Below are positions 1 through 10,433 of a stretch of DNA of 64,000 nt, in pieces (position 1 is the first letter of the stretch; the number at the start of each line of letters is the position of its first letter). Under the pieces are notes generated by a model that saw only the letters and a list, made by a program, of their open reading frames with translations, was not told the origin of the DNA and did not search any database. Source of the DNA: an uncultured Candidatus Rokubacteria bacterium (GTDB taxonomy: Bacteria; Methylomirabilota; Methylomirabilia; Rokubacteriales; CSP1-6); NCBI GenBank assembly GCA_963754315.1, contig CAVWFS010000007.1:800001-864000 (forward strand). Reading direction: 5' to 3'. A program made the position numbers and the translations under genes.

Positions 1-19
1 GCTCACCAACAAGGGGGTC

Positions 20-1526
20 GTGGACGTCACCCTCCCCGCCGGGCAGCCGGTCACGCCCGACGAGTTGCTGGCTCTGCCCGTCTTCCTGGGGACGTCGGGA
101 ACCTTCCTGAACCTGAATCGCGGCTCGGTGGTCCGCCGCACGTTCAAGGCCGGCGAGATCATCTGCCGCCAGGGAGAATTCGGATCGACCGCGTTCTATC
201 TGCTGAGCGGGTCGGTGGAAGTGTCGCTCGCCACGCCCCTCGCCCACGTGAAGAGCGGAACGCGCAGCCGCGCACCGTGGTGGGCTTCCTCCGTCGCCTG
301 AGCGGCCTCGCCCGTGACCGTGACGATCCGCGCGAGGCCACGCCCCATCGCCGCATCCCCATCGACGGTCCCGTGGATCTCGACTTCGCCAATCCGGTTG
401 CCCGCTGGGTCCGGGCGAGATCTTCGGCGAGATGACCTGCCTGAGCTACTACCCTCGCTCGGCCACCGTGGTCGCCCTCGAGGAGACCCAAGTCCTCGAG
501 ATGCTCCGCAACGTTCTCCACATCCTCCAGAGGAACAAGAGCTTCCGGGCGACACCGAGCAGCGCTATCGGGAGCGGGCCCTCGGCTCCCACCTGCGCCG
601 CGCGCCCGTCCTGGCCGACCTTCCCGATCGCGTCCTCGACCATCTGCGCGAACGGGTCGAGATCCTCCGCTATGCGCCCGGTGAGGTCATCTGCCGTCAG
701 GGCGATCCGGCCGCCAGCCTGTATCTGATCCGGGTGGGGTTCGTGAAGGTGAGCCAGATGTTTCCCGGCGGCGAGATGGTCGTGGCGTACCTGGCGCGGG
801 GCTACTTCGGCGAGATGGGCCTGCTCGAGGGCGGCGTGCGCACGGCCACCTGCACCGCGGTCGACCATGTGGAGGTCGTGCGGATCACGGCCCAGGACTG
901 ACCAGGTGATGGCCGAGTTCCCCGAGGTGCGCAGACCGCGGCGTCGCCGCCACGCGCCCAGGTCGCAAGCGGAGAACGAGCGGCTGCGAGACACCGTGAC
1001 CGCGGTGCCCCTGGGGGAGTTCCTCGACCAGGGCCTGATGCAGGCGCAGAGCCTCCTGCTGCTCGACCTGGAGAAATGCACGCGCTGCGACCTCTGCGTG
1101 CGGGCCTGTGCGGATGCCCACGACGGGTGTCACCCGGCTCGTCCGTGACGGGGTGCGCTTCGACAAATACCTGGTGGCCACCTCGTGTCGGTCGTGCCGC
1201 GATCCGCTGTGCATGGTCGGCTGCCCGGTGGGCGCCATCCGACGGCGCGATTCGCTGGAGATCTTGATCGAGGACTGGTGCATCGGCTGTGGGCTCTGCG
1301 CCCAGAACTGCCCGTACGGCAACATCAATCTGCATCCGTTTCCCGTCAGTGGCTGACCCGCAGCATCCGGGGCAGATGAGGCGGGCCGTCGTGGAAAAGG
1401 CCACCACGTGTGATCTCAGCCGCGAGCTGCACGAGCCGGCCTGCGTCTATGCGTGTCCGCACGGAGCGGCGATGCGTGTGGAGCCGCTGACGTTCTTCGC
1501 GAGGCCGTTTCACCGCGCCACCGTAG
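20..1526 (+). CDS. Protein with two cyclic nucleotide-binding domains and a C-terminal DmsB-like multi-[4Fe-4S] ferredoxin; several frameshifts, probably sequencing errors
   Basis: Assembled across ORFs 20-301, 432-728, 314-901, 867-1148, 1108-1356 and 1289+: two cNMP motifs ([65 protein letters not shown]) and Cys motifs [53 protein letters not shown]. End inferred at TAG 1524-1526. Confidence 0.8.
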
Positions 1527-1529
1527 CCC

Positions 1530-2461
1530 GTGCTGCTCGACTCGAGCCACCGTGGTTGGGCTGTCGCCTCTCTGCTCCTGTTCGCGCTGGCCCTGGCCGT
1601 GTACATCCTCTACGCGCGCGCGTCCCTGCACGGGCCGAGCGGCGGAAGCACTCTGGGATTGGCGTATGGGGTCGCCGGGCTGGCGCTCATGCTCTATGCG
1701 GGGGTGCTCGGCGCCCGGCGGAAGGTTCCTACCTGGCGGCTCGGACGCGCCACGACCTGGATGCGGGGCACCTGTGGCTCGGCCTCCTGAGCTATGCCCT
1801 CATCGTCTTCCACAGCGGCTTTCAGCTGGGCGGCGCGCTGACAGGCATCCTCATGGTCGTCTTCACCATCGTGATCCTCAGCGGCATCTATGGCGTCCTG
1901 CTCCAGCAATTCCTGCCCCGGGCGATGCTCACCAACCTCCCTCTGGAAACCATTTACGAACAGATCGACACGGTCGTGGTCCAGCTTCGCGACGAGGCCG
2001 ACGAGCTCGTGGCGGTCGCTTCGGGCGCCAAGGTGGCGGCCGAGGCCACCCCTGCGCCCGAGCGTCGCGGGGGTGGCGGACTCCTGGCCGGGCAGACCTT
2101 CCCGCCGGCGCTGGTCAGGGCCCGGCCCACCCTGGTGTTCCCACTGTCCAATGCCGCGCCCCTGCGCGACATCTATCTGAGCGACATCCGGCCCTATCTG
2201 GGTCACGACATTCCGCGGCAGACGCGGCTGGGGTCGGCCATGGAAGCCACGGCCCTGTTCTCCGGGCTGCGCGCCCGGCTGGCCACGCCGCTGCACGACG
2301 CCCTGAAGGAACTGGAGAGCATCTGCGACGAGCGGCGGCAGCTGGCTCATCAGAAGAGGCTTCATCACTGGCTGCACGGCTGGCTCCTCGTGCACGTCCC
2401 CCTCTCGATGGCCCTCATGCTTCTGTCCCTCGTGCACGCCTTCGTCAGCGTCAGGTACTGA
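1530..2461 (+). CDS. Multi-pass membrane protein with intramembrane His residues (possible heme b binder); one frameshift near 1770
   Basis: ORF 1530-1790 joins ORF 1289-2461 at WMRG/HLWLGLL. Several TM helices, with His in HLWLGLL, FHSGF, WLLVHVPLS and LVHAF. Confidence 0.7.
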
Positions 2462-2474
2462 GCCCGCCGCCCGC

Positions 2475-4064
2475 ATGCCCGACACGCGATACACCGGCAA
2501 GGTTCGCGCGAAGCGCATCACCCTCCACTACTTCAAGCAGCCTCACGTCTGGCGCCGCTGGAAGCTTGGCCTCTCGGTGCTGGCCCCGCTCCTGGCGGGC
2601 GCGTGGCTTCTGATCTATGCGGCGGCCGGAGATCAACGCATCTACACCAGCGGCCCTCTGTCCACGGCGCACACCATGCTGGCTACCGACTGTGGCGCCT
2701 GCCATCAGCCGGAGCGGTCGGCCTCCACGGGTCTGAGACGGGCCGAGGCGGCCTTCTTCCGCAAGGCGACCAACGAGGCCTGTCTCACCTGCCACGACGG
2801 TCCGCTGCACCATACGAACCAGGCTCTCGATCTTTCCTGCGCGCACTGCCACGTGGAACACAAGGGGAAGATCGCGTTAGCCGATCTCAACGATCGCCTC
2901 TGCACTCAGTGCCATGCCGAGCTGACCACCAGGGACGGCTCCCGCCCGGCCTTTGCCACGAGCATCCATGCGTTCTCGAGGGATCACCCGGAGTTCGCCC
3001 CGACCGTGATGGACGGCGAGAAGAGGATCCGCGTGAGCCTGGCCCCGCCCGGCAAGGTGCGCGACGCGACGCAGCTGAGCTTCAACCACAAAAGACACCT
3101 CCAGGTGGCCCTGGAAGGCCTGGCCGAGGTGAAGGCCGCCACCGGTATGCAGGGCCTGGTCGAACAAAAGGGCGGTCTGCAGCTTAGCTGCACGTATTGT
3201 CACCGGCCCGATGCCGCCGGCACCATGCGCCCCATCACGTTTGCCCAGCATTGCGCGGTCTGCCACGGAACCGAGCTGCGCTTCGAAGCCTCCATGCCCC
3301 CGGTGCCCCACCGGGAGCCGGCGATCGTGCATGCGTTCCTGCAGACCCTGTTCCTGGAAACGCACGAGGCCTGCCAGTCGCTGGCGGGCCGTCCTCCTGG
3401 TCCTGACGACGAGAGACTGCGCGGCCGGTGTGAGGCACTGGGGCTCTTGACGACCTCCAAGCGTGGCGACGAGCCACGCGCGCCAGGGCGCCGTCGAACC
3501 GAAGACGCGCCGACTGGGGGGGACGATGCCCCCCGCGCGCGTGGTACCCGACGCGGTGAGGAAGCCGAGAGCGAGGACACCCCGCGCGCACGCGGCACAC
3601 GGCGCGGGGAGGAGGCTGCCGCGCCCGCGGCCGCCACCATCGCGCCAGGAAAGGCCCTCGAGTGGGCACGGGGGCGCGTGGCCACCGCCGAGAAGATGAT
3701 CTTCAAACAACGATGCGGAAAGTGCCATATTATGGTCGACACTGCTGCCGCGTTGCCTGCGGTGCGGCCAACCGCTATGCCGACACGGTGGCTTCCTCAT
3801 GGCGAGTTCGATCACACGGTCCACCGTCCGCTCGCATGTACGGAGTGCCACGCCGCCACGGCAAGCACCGAGACCGCCGATGTGCTGCTTCCCTCGATCG
3901 CCGTGTGCCGCCAGTGTCATCGCGACGCCGGAGGGGCACGGGCGACCTGTGTGGAATGCCATCTCTACCATGACCGCGCACGGGAACGGGACTTCAATGG
4001 CCCCCACACAGTACGGAAGTTCCTCTCTGGAGGCCGATCCACCCCTGCCGCCAGCCCAAGGTGA
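2475..4064 (+). CDS. Membrane-anchored decaheme cytochrome c
   Basis: Ten CxxCH motifs counted (CGACH, CLTCH, CAHCH, CTQCH, CTYCH, CAVCH, CGKCH, CTECH, CRQCH, CVECH) and an N-terminal hydrophobic helix. Confidence 0.92.
   Translation: MPDTRYTGKVRAKRITLHYFKQPHVWRRWKLGLSVLAPLLAGAWLLIYAAAGDQRIYTSGPLSTAHTMLATDCGACHQPERSASTGLRRAEAAFFRKATNEACLTCHDGPLHHTNQALDLSCAHCHVEHKGKIALADLNDRLCTQCHAELTTRDGSRPAFATSIHAFSRDHPEFAPTVMDGEKRIRVSLAPPGKVRDATQLSFNHKRHLQVALEGLAEVKAATGMQGLVEQKGGLQLSCTYCHRPDAAGTMRPITFAQHCAVCHGTELRFEASMPPVPHREPAIVHAFLQTLFLETHEACQSLAGRPPGPDDERLRGRCEALGLLTTSKRGDEPRAPGRRRTEDAPTGGDDAPRARGTRRGEEAESEDTPRARGTRRGEEAAAPAAATIAPGKALEWARGRVATAEKMIFKQRCGKCHIMVDTAAALPAVRPTAMPTRWLPHGEFDHTVHRPLACTECHAATASTETADVLLPSIAVCRQCHRDAGGARATCVECHLYHDRARERDFNGPHTVRKFLSGGRSTPAASPR
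3522..3623 (+). repeat. Two-copy 51-bp (17 aa) imperfect tandem repeat in the cytochrome linker
   Basis: DDAPRARGTRRGEEAES followed by EDTPRARGTRRGEEAAA. Confidence 0.75.
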
Positions 4065-4068
4065 AACG

Positions 4069-6309
4069 ATGATCAGCCCGGGTGTTCGCCGAGGCCCATT
4101 TCGATGGTTGGTGATGCTCATAGCTGGGGCGCTCCTGGGGGCGCCCGGCCTCGTGACCATCGTCAACGCCAACCCAACCACCGACGCGTTCGTGAGACAT
4201 CTCTTCGAGACGGTCCTCGAACGCACGCCCGACGCGACCGAGGTGGCGCTGTGGAGCGATCGGCTGGCGCGTCAGCCCGACGTCGAGACAGCCCGGACCG
4301 TCGTGCGAGACTTCTTCGGCAGCACGGAGTTCACCCACACCATCACGGTCACCCCCTCCACGTTCGGCATCAAGCTGTACCAAGCCGTCCTCGGCCGCGC
4401 CCCTGACGCCGCCACGCTCGAGTTCGGCAAGGGCTTCATCCTCGACCAGTTCAACTCCCTGATCCCGGGCTTCCTGGCGTTTCCCGAGTTCGCGACCGTG
4501 CGGGCAACGACGTCGTCCTCGGCCTTCATCACGCGTCTGTTCGGACAGGCCCTGGGACGAGCGCCCACCGCCGCCGAAATGACGAGCTGGGATCCCGTGG
4601 TCTCACGCGGCGACCACGTGGCGACCGCCATCGCCGTCTTCAGTTCGGACGAGTACACGCGCACCGCGCGCACCGAGGCCCAGCATGTTCGGCTGCACTA
4701 CCGCGCGCTGCTCGGCCGTGAGCCCGGGGGCGACGAACTAGGGTACTGGGTCGGTCAGCTCGCCAGCCGCCTCGGAATGCTCGGGGATTTTCTCGTCACC
4801 AACAACCCGACGCTGGTGACGGCACGCATCCAGGACGCGTCTGTCGTACCCCCGGGAACGTTTCTCACCGAGGCCGATGTCGCCGCCCTCGTGGGCGCGG
4901 CCCAAACAGCCGTGAGCTCCACATCCATGGTCATCGCCGTGGTCGATCGCATGGGCAATCCGCTCGCGGTGTTCCGACAACCCGGCGCTCCGGACATGGT
5001 TCCTGGCAACTTCGGCGCGCTCGTCAACACCAACGAGCTAGCGGTGTCCGAGGCGCGCACGGGCGCCTTCTTTAGCAACAACCAGGCCCCGCTGTCGTCG
5101 CGAACGGTGCGAAGCATCAGCGGCGTGAACTTCCCGCTCGGCATCCGGAACCGGCCCAACGGGGCCCTGTACGGGATCGAGAACACCAACCGGGGCTGCT
5201 CGCTCAACACCGCCTTCAATGCCGGCAAGGCCATCCAGCCGGCCCAGTCAATCAGCGGGCTGCCGTGCAATGCGTTCATCCGCATCGGCTGTGGTCTCGG
5301 CATCGCCACCGGAAAGTCGGACCTGGTCGACACGGATCCGACCGCCGTCAACCCTGGGGGTATTCCCGTCTTCAAAGACGGTATCCTGGTAGGAGGGATC
5401 GGCGTGGCCGGGGTGTCCAGCGCGGTAGCCGAATTCGCCTCACTCGTTGCAGCGTTCACGTCTATCCCCGGCTTCGGGGTGGTCCCCCCAGACCCAGGCG
5501 TCGTGATCCTCGACGGCATTCAGCTTCCCTTTGTCGAGCAGAGAACGCGGCCCTCGGGCACCACCCCAGGCGAGGCGAGTGGTTCTTACTTGTTGGGACC
5601 GTCGGCGAGCCCGCTCGGCGGAGGCGGTGTACCTGACGGCTGGCTCATCGGGCCCCTCAGTGGAAGCCGCTTGACGGCGGCTCAGGTCTCACAGATCGTG
5701 AGCCAGGCCATCTCGCAAGCGCAGAGAACCCGGGCCGCCATCCGGCTTCCGCTGGGAAGCACGACGGCGATGGTGATCTCGGTGGCCGATCTCGACGGCA
5801 GCCTGCTCGGGGTGTTCCGCATGCCCGATGCCACCGTGTTCAGCATCGACGTGGCGACCGCGAAGTCGCGCAACGTCGTCTACTTCAGCAGTCTGGCCCG
5901 CATTCCGAGTGACATGGCCGGCGTACCGCTGGGGACAGCCGTGACGAATCGAACGATCAGCTTCGGTGCCCAGCCATTCTATCCGCCCGGCATCAACGGG
6001 TCCGGGCAGGGTCCGTTCTTCAATGTCTACATGCTCGACACCGCGGTGGTGTGCAGCCAGGCCAGTCAGCCCCCGAACCGGAATCAGAGCGGCATCGTAT
6101 TCTTCCCGGGAAGCACGCCTCTCTACCTCAATGGTGAAATGGTGGGCGGGCTCGGTGTCAGCGGCGACGGCGTTGAGCAGGACGACCTGGTGACCGCTGC
6201 CGGCGCCACCAACTTCGCGCCGCCCGTGCAGATTCGCGCCGATCAAATCTTCGTCGAGGGGCTCCGGCTCCCCTACTTCAAGTTCCCGCGCAACCCCGAG
6301 GATCGGTGA
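4069..6309 (+). CDS. Secreted protein with DUF4214-like repeats and two GlcG/HbpS (DUF336) heme-binding-family domains
   Basis: ATG 4069 follows the cytochrome stop. Signal-like N-terminus, four 'LYxxxLGRxPD..E..xW'-type repeats, and two GlcG domains (IAVVDRMG..PGGIPVFKDGILVGGIGVAG; ISVADLDG..DVATAKSR..PLYLNGEMVGGLGVSGDGVEQDD). Confidence 0.82.
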   Translation: MISPGVRRGPFRWLVMLIAGALLGAPGLVTIVNANPTTDAFVRHLFETVLERTPDATEVALWSDRLARQPDVETARTVVRDFFGSTEFTHTITVTPSTFGIKLYQAVLGRAPDAATLEFGKGFILDQFNSLIPGFLAFPEFATVRATTSSSAFITRLFGQALGRAPTAAEMTSWDPVVSRGDHVATAIAVFSSDEYTRTARTEAQHVRLHYRALLGREPGGDELGYWVGQLASRLGMLGDFLVTNNPTLVTARIQDASVVPPGTFLTEADVAALVGAAQTAVSSTSMVIAVVDRMGNPLAVFRQPGAPDMVPGNFGALVNTNELAVSEARTGAFFSNNQAPLSSRTVRSISGVNFPLGIRNRPNGALYGIENTNRGCSLNTAFNAGKAIQPAQSISGLPCNAFIRIGCGLGIATGKSDLVDTDPTAVNPGGIPVFKDGILVGGIGVAGVSSAVAEFASLVAAFTSIPGFGVVPPDPGVVILDGIQLPFVEQRTRPSGTTPGEASGSYLLGPSASPLGGGGVPDGWLIGPLSGSRLTAAQVSQIVSQAISQAQRTRAAIRLPLGSTTAMVISVADLDGSLLGVFRMPDATVFSIDVATAKSRNVVYFSSLARIPSDMAGVPLGTAVTNRTISFGAQPFYPPGINGSGQGPFFNVYMLDTAVVCSQASQPPNRNQSGIVFFPGSTPLYLNGEMVGGLGVSGDGVEQDDLVTAAGATNFAPPVQIRADQIFVEGLRLPYFKFPRNPEDR

Positions 6310-7316
6310 TCGTCTCGCCGCTCGCCACTTGGTTCGACGGCGAGCGGGCGCAGCGAGCCTTTCGCCGCCGCCAGCTTGGGAGACGACCCATCGCCCTCGC
6401 CCCGCGGGATGGCGTCTGGCGCTCGATCACACCCCGGTTCGCCGAGGCAGTCGCCATGGCGGGTTCCGGGCTCCCCTTCCAGATCGTGGCCGATCGTCGG
6501 TACGATCGCTCTGCCGACCCCCGTCGCCTGCGGGGGGCGCTGGCCGCCGGAGCCACCATCTTTCTCCCTCAGGTCCACCAGGTCCTGCCGCGTCTCATGC
6601 GGCTCATGGTCGCCCTGCGCGTGGCCTTTCTCGGCCCATTTCGCGAGGAGTGTTCGTTCCTCTTCCTGGTGCACGGACGGGGCCGGACAGGGATGGGTCT
6701 GCACCACGATGGTGACGTCGACGCGTTCTGGCTCCAGCTCGAGGGCCGACGCACCGTCACCATCGGGCCGCCGGTGGCCCGGCGCACGCCTCCCGATCTA
6801 CGCCGGCGGCCGCCCGTCGGCGATCCGGACTGGACGACCTGCGAGTTGCGACCCGGTTCGCTCCTCTACCTCCCACCGCGGACGCCCCACGAGGTGGTGT
6901 GCCACACCCCCTCGCTCGCCCTCTCGCTGACGTGGAGCCGTAAGATCGGACATGGCGGCGCACGGCGGGATCGGGCAACGGGCCTCGCCACGTGGGACGT
7001 GGCACCTGGACATGTTTGCTCGATGCCCCCTCGAAGTCGTGATCGGCTGTGGACCCAGATTCCCGCCCTCGCGCGGCCCACCCCGGCTCGGCGCCCGTTC
7101 TTCGTGCTGCAGACTCCGGACGGCGCCCTCCCATACCCAGCCGTCGCCTGGCCGCTCGCCAGCCAGCTGACGCTCATGCCGAGCCTCCGGCGGCGCGATT
7201 CGACCGATTCAGCAACCTTGTCGATGCTGATCGACGCTGGGATCCTGGCCTCGCAGGACTTGCCGCTCCGAATCGTCCCGGGCGATTCTCGCGCCCTCGA
7301 CGGATGGAACTTTTAG
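6306..7316 (+). CDS. JmjC/cupin Fe(II)-2-oxoglutarate oxygenase-like protein
   Basis: HxD..H triad (GLHHDGDVDAFWLQLEGRR..LRPGSLLYLPPRTPHEV); GTGA overlap with the upstream gene. Confidence 0.75.
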   Translation: MIVSPLATWFDGERAQRAFRRRQLGRRPIALAPRDGVWRSITPRFAEAVAMAGSGLPFQIVADRRYDRSADPRRLRGALAAGATIFLPQVHQVLPRLMRLMVALRVAFLGPFREECSFLFLVHGRGRTGMGLHHDGDVDAFWLQLEGRRTVTIGPPVARRTPPDLRRRPPVGDPDWTTCELRPGSLLYLPPRTPHEVVCHTPSLALSLTWSRKIGHGGARRDRATGLATWDVAPGHVCSMPPRSRDRLWTQIPALARPTPARRPFFVLQTPDGALPYPAVAWPLASQLTLMPSLRRRDSTDSATLSMLIDAGILASQDLPLRIVPGDSRALDGWNF

Positions 7317-7409
7317 TGCGACCTCGTTCACTTCTTGGCTGGCGGCGTGTCGAGGGCGATAGCAAGCGCCTGGGTGCCCTAAGCCTACAATTGGAGGGGA
7401 GGTGCAGCC

Positions 7410-8543
7410 GTGATCGTGGGCGTCCCCAGGGAAATCAAGCCGGGCGAGCAGCGTGTGGCCCTGACCCCCGCCGGAGCGCGGACCCTCGCCGAGCACGGAC
7501 ATCGCGTCGTGGTCGAGCGTGAGGCCGGGTTCGGCAGCGGCATCCGAGACGACGACTTCGCCAGCAACGGCGCGCAACTGGTCACCGCCGATGACGTGTG
7601 GCGCACGGCCGACCTCGTGCTCAAGGTGAAGGAACCGCTCCCGTCCGAGTGGCCGAAGCTCCGCGCCGGGCAGATCCTCTTCACCTACCTGCATCTGGCA
7701 CCCGATCGCGAGCTCACCGAGGCCCTGCGCGCGAGCGATGCCGTCGCCATCGCCTACGAGACCGTGCAGCGCCCTGATGGCAGCCTCCCCCTGCTGACCC
7801 CCATGAGCGAGGTGGCCGGGCGCCTCGCCGTTCAGGAAGGCGCTTACTATCTCGGGCGGGCGCATGGCGGGCGCGGCGTCCTGCTCTCGGGCGTCCCCGG
7901 GGTTCCCCCCGGCAACGTCGTGATCCTGGGAGCAGGCGTGGTCGGGCTCAATGCCGCCCGTACGGCCATCGGGCTGGGCGCCGACGTGTCCATCCTCGAC
8001 ATTAACCTCGATCGACTGCGGCACGTGGACGACATCTTCGGGGGGCGGGTCGTCACCGTGACCTCCAACAGCTTCAACATCGAGCAGATCGTTCCCTGGG
8101 CCGATTTGCTGGTGGGGGCGGTGCTGATTCCCGGGGCCCGCGCGCCCATTCTGGTGAGCGAAGCGTTGGTGGGTCGGATGAAGGAAGGCGCGGTCATTGT
8201 GGACGTCGCCGTGGATCAGGGCTCCTGCATCGCGACGGTCAGGCCGACGACCTTGGAAACGCCGATCTACCGGCATGGGGGTGTGGTCCACTACGGCGTG
8301 GCCAACATGCCGGCCCTGGTTCCGCGCACCTCGACCTTCGCGCTGACCAACGCCACCCTCCCCTACGTGGTCGAGTTAGCCACGGCCGGAGTGCCCGACG
8401 CCGTGCGCGCCAACCCCGCCCTCGCGCGCGGCGTCAACATCTGGCACGGCCACGTCGTGCATGAGGCAGTGGCGGCCTCCTTGGGTGAGAAGGCCACACC
8501 CCTTGTGGAATGCCTGACGGGACACGAACGTCTCAGGTCTTGA
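7410..8543 (+). CDS. ald: Alanine dehydrogenase
   Basis: [57 protein letters not shown]. Confidence 0.96.
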   Translation: MIVGVPREIKPGEQRVALTPAGARTLAEHGHRVVVEREAGFGSGIRDDDFASNGAQLVTADDVWRTADLVLKVKEPLPSEWPKLRAGQILFTYLHLAPDRELTEALRASDAVAIAYETVQRPDGSLPLLTPMSEVAGRLAVQEGAYYLGRAHGGRGVLLSGVPGVPPGNVVILGAGVVGLNAARTAIGLGADVSILDINLDRLRHVDDIFGGRVVTVTSNSFNIEQIVPWADLLVGAVLIPGARAPILVSEALVGRMKEGAVIVDVAVDQGSCIATVRPTTLETPIYRHGGVVHYGVANMPALVPRTSTFALTNATLPYVVELATAGVPDAVRANPALARGVNIWHGHVVHEAVAASLGEKATPLVECLTGHERLRS

Positions 8544-8919
8544 CCGTGGCGAAGACTTCCTTGGCGGTGAGGAGCGCCTCCCGCACGAGCGGAGCCCCCA
8601 CGTAGCCGAGCAGGTGCAGGAGCACCTCGGTCAGTTCGTCGCGCGTCCATCCCTGGCGCAGGGCCATGCGCAGATGGAGGGCCAGCTCGGCCGGACGCCC
8701 GGTGGCGGCATCCGAGACCACACACACGAGCGTGCGCGTCTTGAGGTCGAGCCCCGGCCGTGTCCACAGCGAGCCGAACACCGTCTCGCTGGCCAGGTCG
8801 ATGAACTTCTGCATGGTGGGATCGTCGTAGACAGTCCGGTTCACCTGCTCCGCGTACTCGTCGCCCAGGAGCTGGCGGCGCATCGCCCGGCCCTGCTGGA
8901 GTCGTTCGCTCTCGGCCAT
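8533..8919 (-). CDS. Carboxymuconolactone decarboxylase (CMD/AhpD) family protein
   Basis: FGSLWTRPGLDLKTRTL..ELALHLRMALRQGWTRDELTEVLLHLLGYVGAP. Confidence 0.9.
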   Translation of the reverse strand: MAESERLQQGRAMRRQLLGDEYAEQVNRTVYDDPTMQKFIDLASETVFGSLWTRPGLDLKTRTLVCVVSDAATGRPAELALHLRMALRQGWTRDELTEVLLHLLGYVGAPLVREALLTAKEVFATVKT

Positions 8920-8922
8920 GGT

Positions 8923-10398
8923 CTAGTACCTATAGTGATCGGGTTTGTAGGGGCCCTCGACCGGGATGTCGACGTATTCGGCCTGCTCCTTGCTGAGCGT
9001 GGTGAGGGTGACACCCAGGTGGGCCAGGTGCAGCCGCGCCACCTTCTCGTCGAGGATCTTGGGCAGCGTGTAGACCTTCCGCTCGTAGCGGTCGGGCCTG
9101 GTGTGCAGCTCGAGCTGCGCCATCACCTGGTTGGTGAAGCTGGCCGACATCACGAAGCTCGGATGGCCGGTCGCGCACCCGAGGTTCAGCAGACGCCCTT
9201 CGGCCAGGATCAAGACACTGTGACCGTCGGGGAAGATCCACTCGTCGTACTGCGGCTTGATGTTGACCCGCTTCACGCCGGCTCGCTTGAGACCGGCCAT
9301 GTCGATCTCGTTGTCGAAGTGGCCGATGTTACCCACGATGGCCTTGTCCTTCATGCGGGCCATGTGGTCGAGGGTGATCACGTTGCTGTTACCGGTGGCG
9401 GTCACGAACAGATCGGCCGTGCTCACCACGTCCTCCAGGGTGGTCACCTGGAAGCCTTCCATGGCCGCTTGGAGGGCGCAGATGGGGTCGATCTCGGTGA
9501 CGATCACGCGGGCGCCCTGCCCGCGCAGGGCCTGCGCACAGCCCTTGCCCACCTCGCCGTAGCCGCACACCACCGCCCGTTTTCCGCCCAGCATGACATC
9601 GGTGGCCCGCATGAGCCCGTCCGGCAGCGAGTGGCGGCAGCCGTAGACGTTGTCGAACTTGCTCTTGGTGACGGAGTCGTTGACGTTGATGGCGGGGAAC
9701 AGCAAGGTGCCCTTCTTCATCATCTCGTAGAGACGATGGACACCGGTGGTGGTCTCCTCGGAGACGCCGCGAATCCCCTGGGCGATCGCGGTCCACCGCC
9801 CCGGATGCTTGGCACGCTGCTCACGCAGCAGGCCGAGCACGACACCCCATTCCTCCGGATCGTGCGCCGGATCGAAGTCTGGGACGCGACCGGCCTTCTC
9901 GAACTCCGCCGCCTTGTGCACGAGCAGGGTGGCGTCGCCGCCATCGTCGAGGAGAAGATTGGGGCCCCGACCGTCGGGGAAGCTGAAGATCTGTTCGGTG
10001 CACCACCAGTATTCCTCGAGTGTCTCGCCCTTCCACGCAAAGACGGGCGTTCCGCGGGGCACCTCGGTCGTCCCGCCGCCCACGACGACGGCGGCGGCCG
10101 CATGGTCCTGCGTCGAGAAGATGTTGCAGGAAGCCCAGCGGACGTCGGCCCCCAGTTCCACGAGCGTCTCGATCAGCACCGCCGTTTGCACGGTCATGTG
10201 CAGCGAGCCCGTGATGCGGGCGCCGGCCAGCGGCGTGCGACCTCGATGTTCGGCGCGCAGGGCCATGAGACCCGGCATCTCGTGCTCGGCCAGGCGGATC
10301 TCCTTGCGTCCCCACTCGGCCAGGCCGAGGTCGCGCACTTTGAAGGGCGGTCGTCCCGCTGCGCTCGCGAGGCTGTTCTTGGCCATTGCCGTAGTCAT
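8923..10398 (-). CDS. ahcY: Adenosylhomocysteinase
   Basis: [63 protein letters not shown], ending DHYRY. GGAG RBS before ATG 10398. Confidence 0.97.
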   Translation of the reverse strand: MTTAMAKNSLASAAGRPPFKVRDLGLAEWGRKEIRLAEHEMPGLMALRAEHRGRTPLAGARITGSLHMTVQTAVLIETLVELGADVRWASCNIFSTQDHAAAAVVVGGGTTEVPRGTPVFAWKGETLEEYWWCTEQIFSFPDGRGPNLLLDDGGDATLLVHKAAEFEKAGRVPDFDPAHDPEEWGVVLGLLREQRAKHPGRWTAIAQGIRGVSEETTTGVHRLYEMMKKGTLLFPAINVNDSVTKSKFDNVYGCRHSLPDGLMRATDVMLGGKRAVVCGYGEVGKGCAQALRGQGARVIVTEIDPICALQAAMEGFQVTTLEDVVSTADLFVTATGNSNVITLDHMARMKDKAIVGNIGHFDNEIDMAGLKRAGVKRVNIKPQYDEWIFPDGHSVLILAEGRLLNLGCATGHPSFVMSASFTNQVMAQLELHTRPDRYERKVYTLPKILDEKVARLHLAHLGVTLTTLSKEQAEYVDIPVEGPYKPDHYRY

Positions 10399-10433
10399 CT
10401 GATCACTCCCCTGTTCGTGGTTGGACGACCTTA

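Noticed and set aside
1408..1420. CDLS instead of CDLC in the last ferredoxin motif (possible altered cluster)
   Set aside because: A single-base difference in an error-rich region; cannot be trusted without reads.
10399..10433. SAH/SAM riboswitch upstream of ahcY
   Set aside because: Only 35 bp separate ahcY from sahR; no room or recognisable structure.
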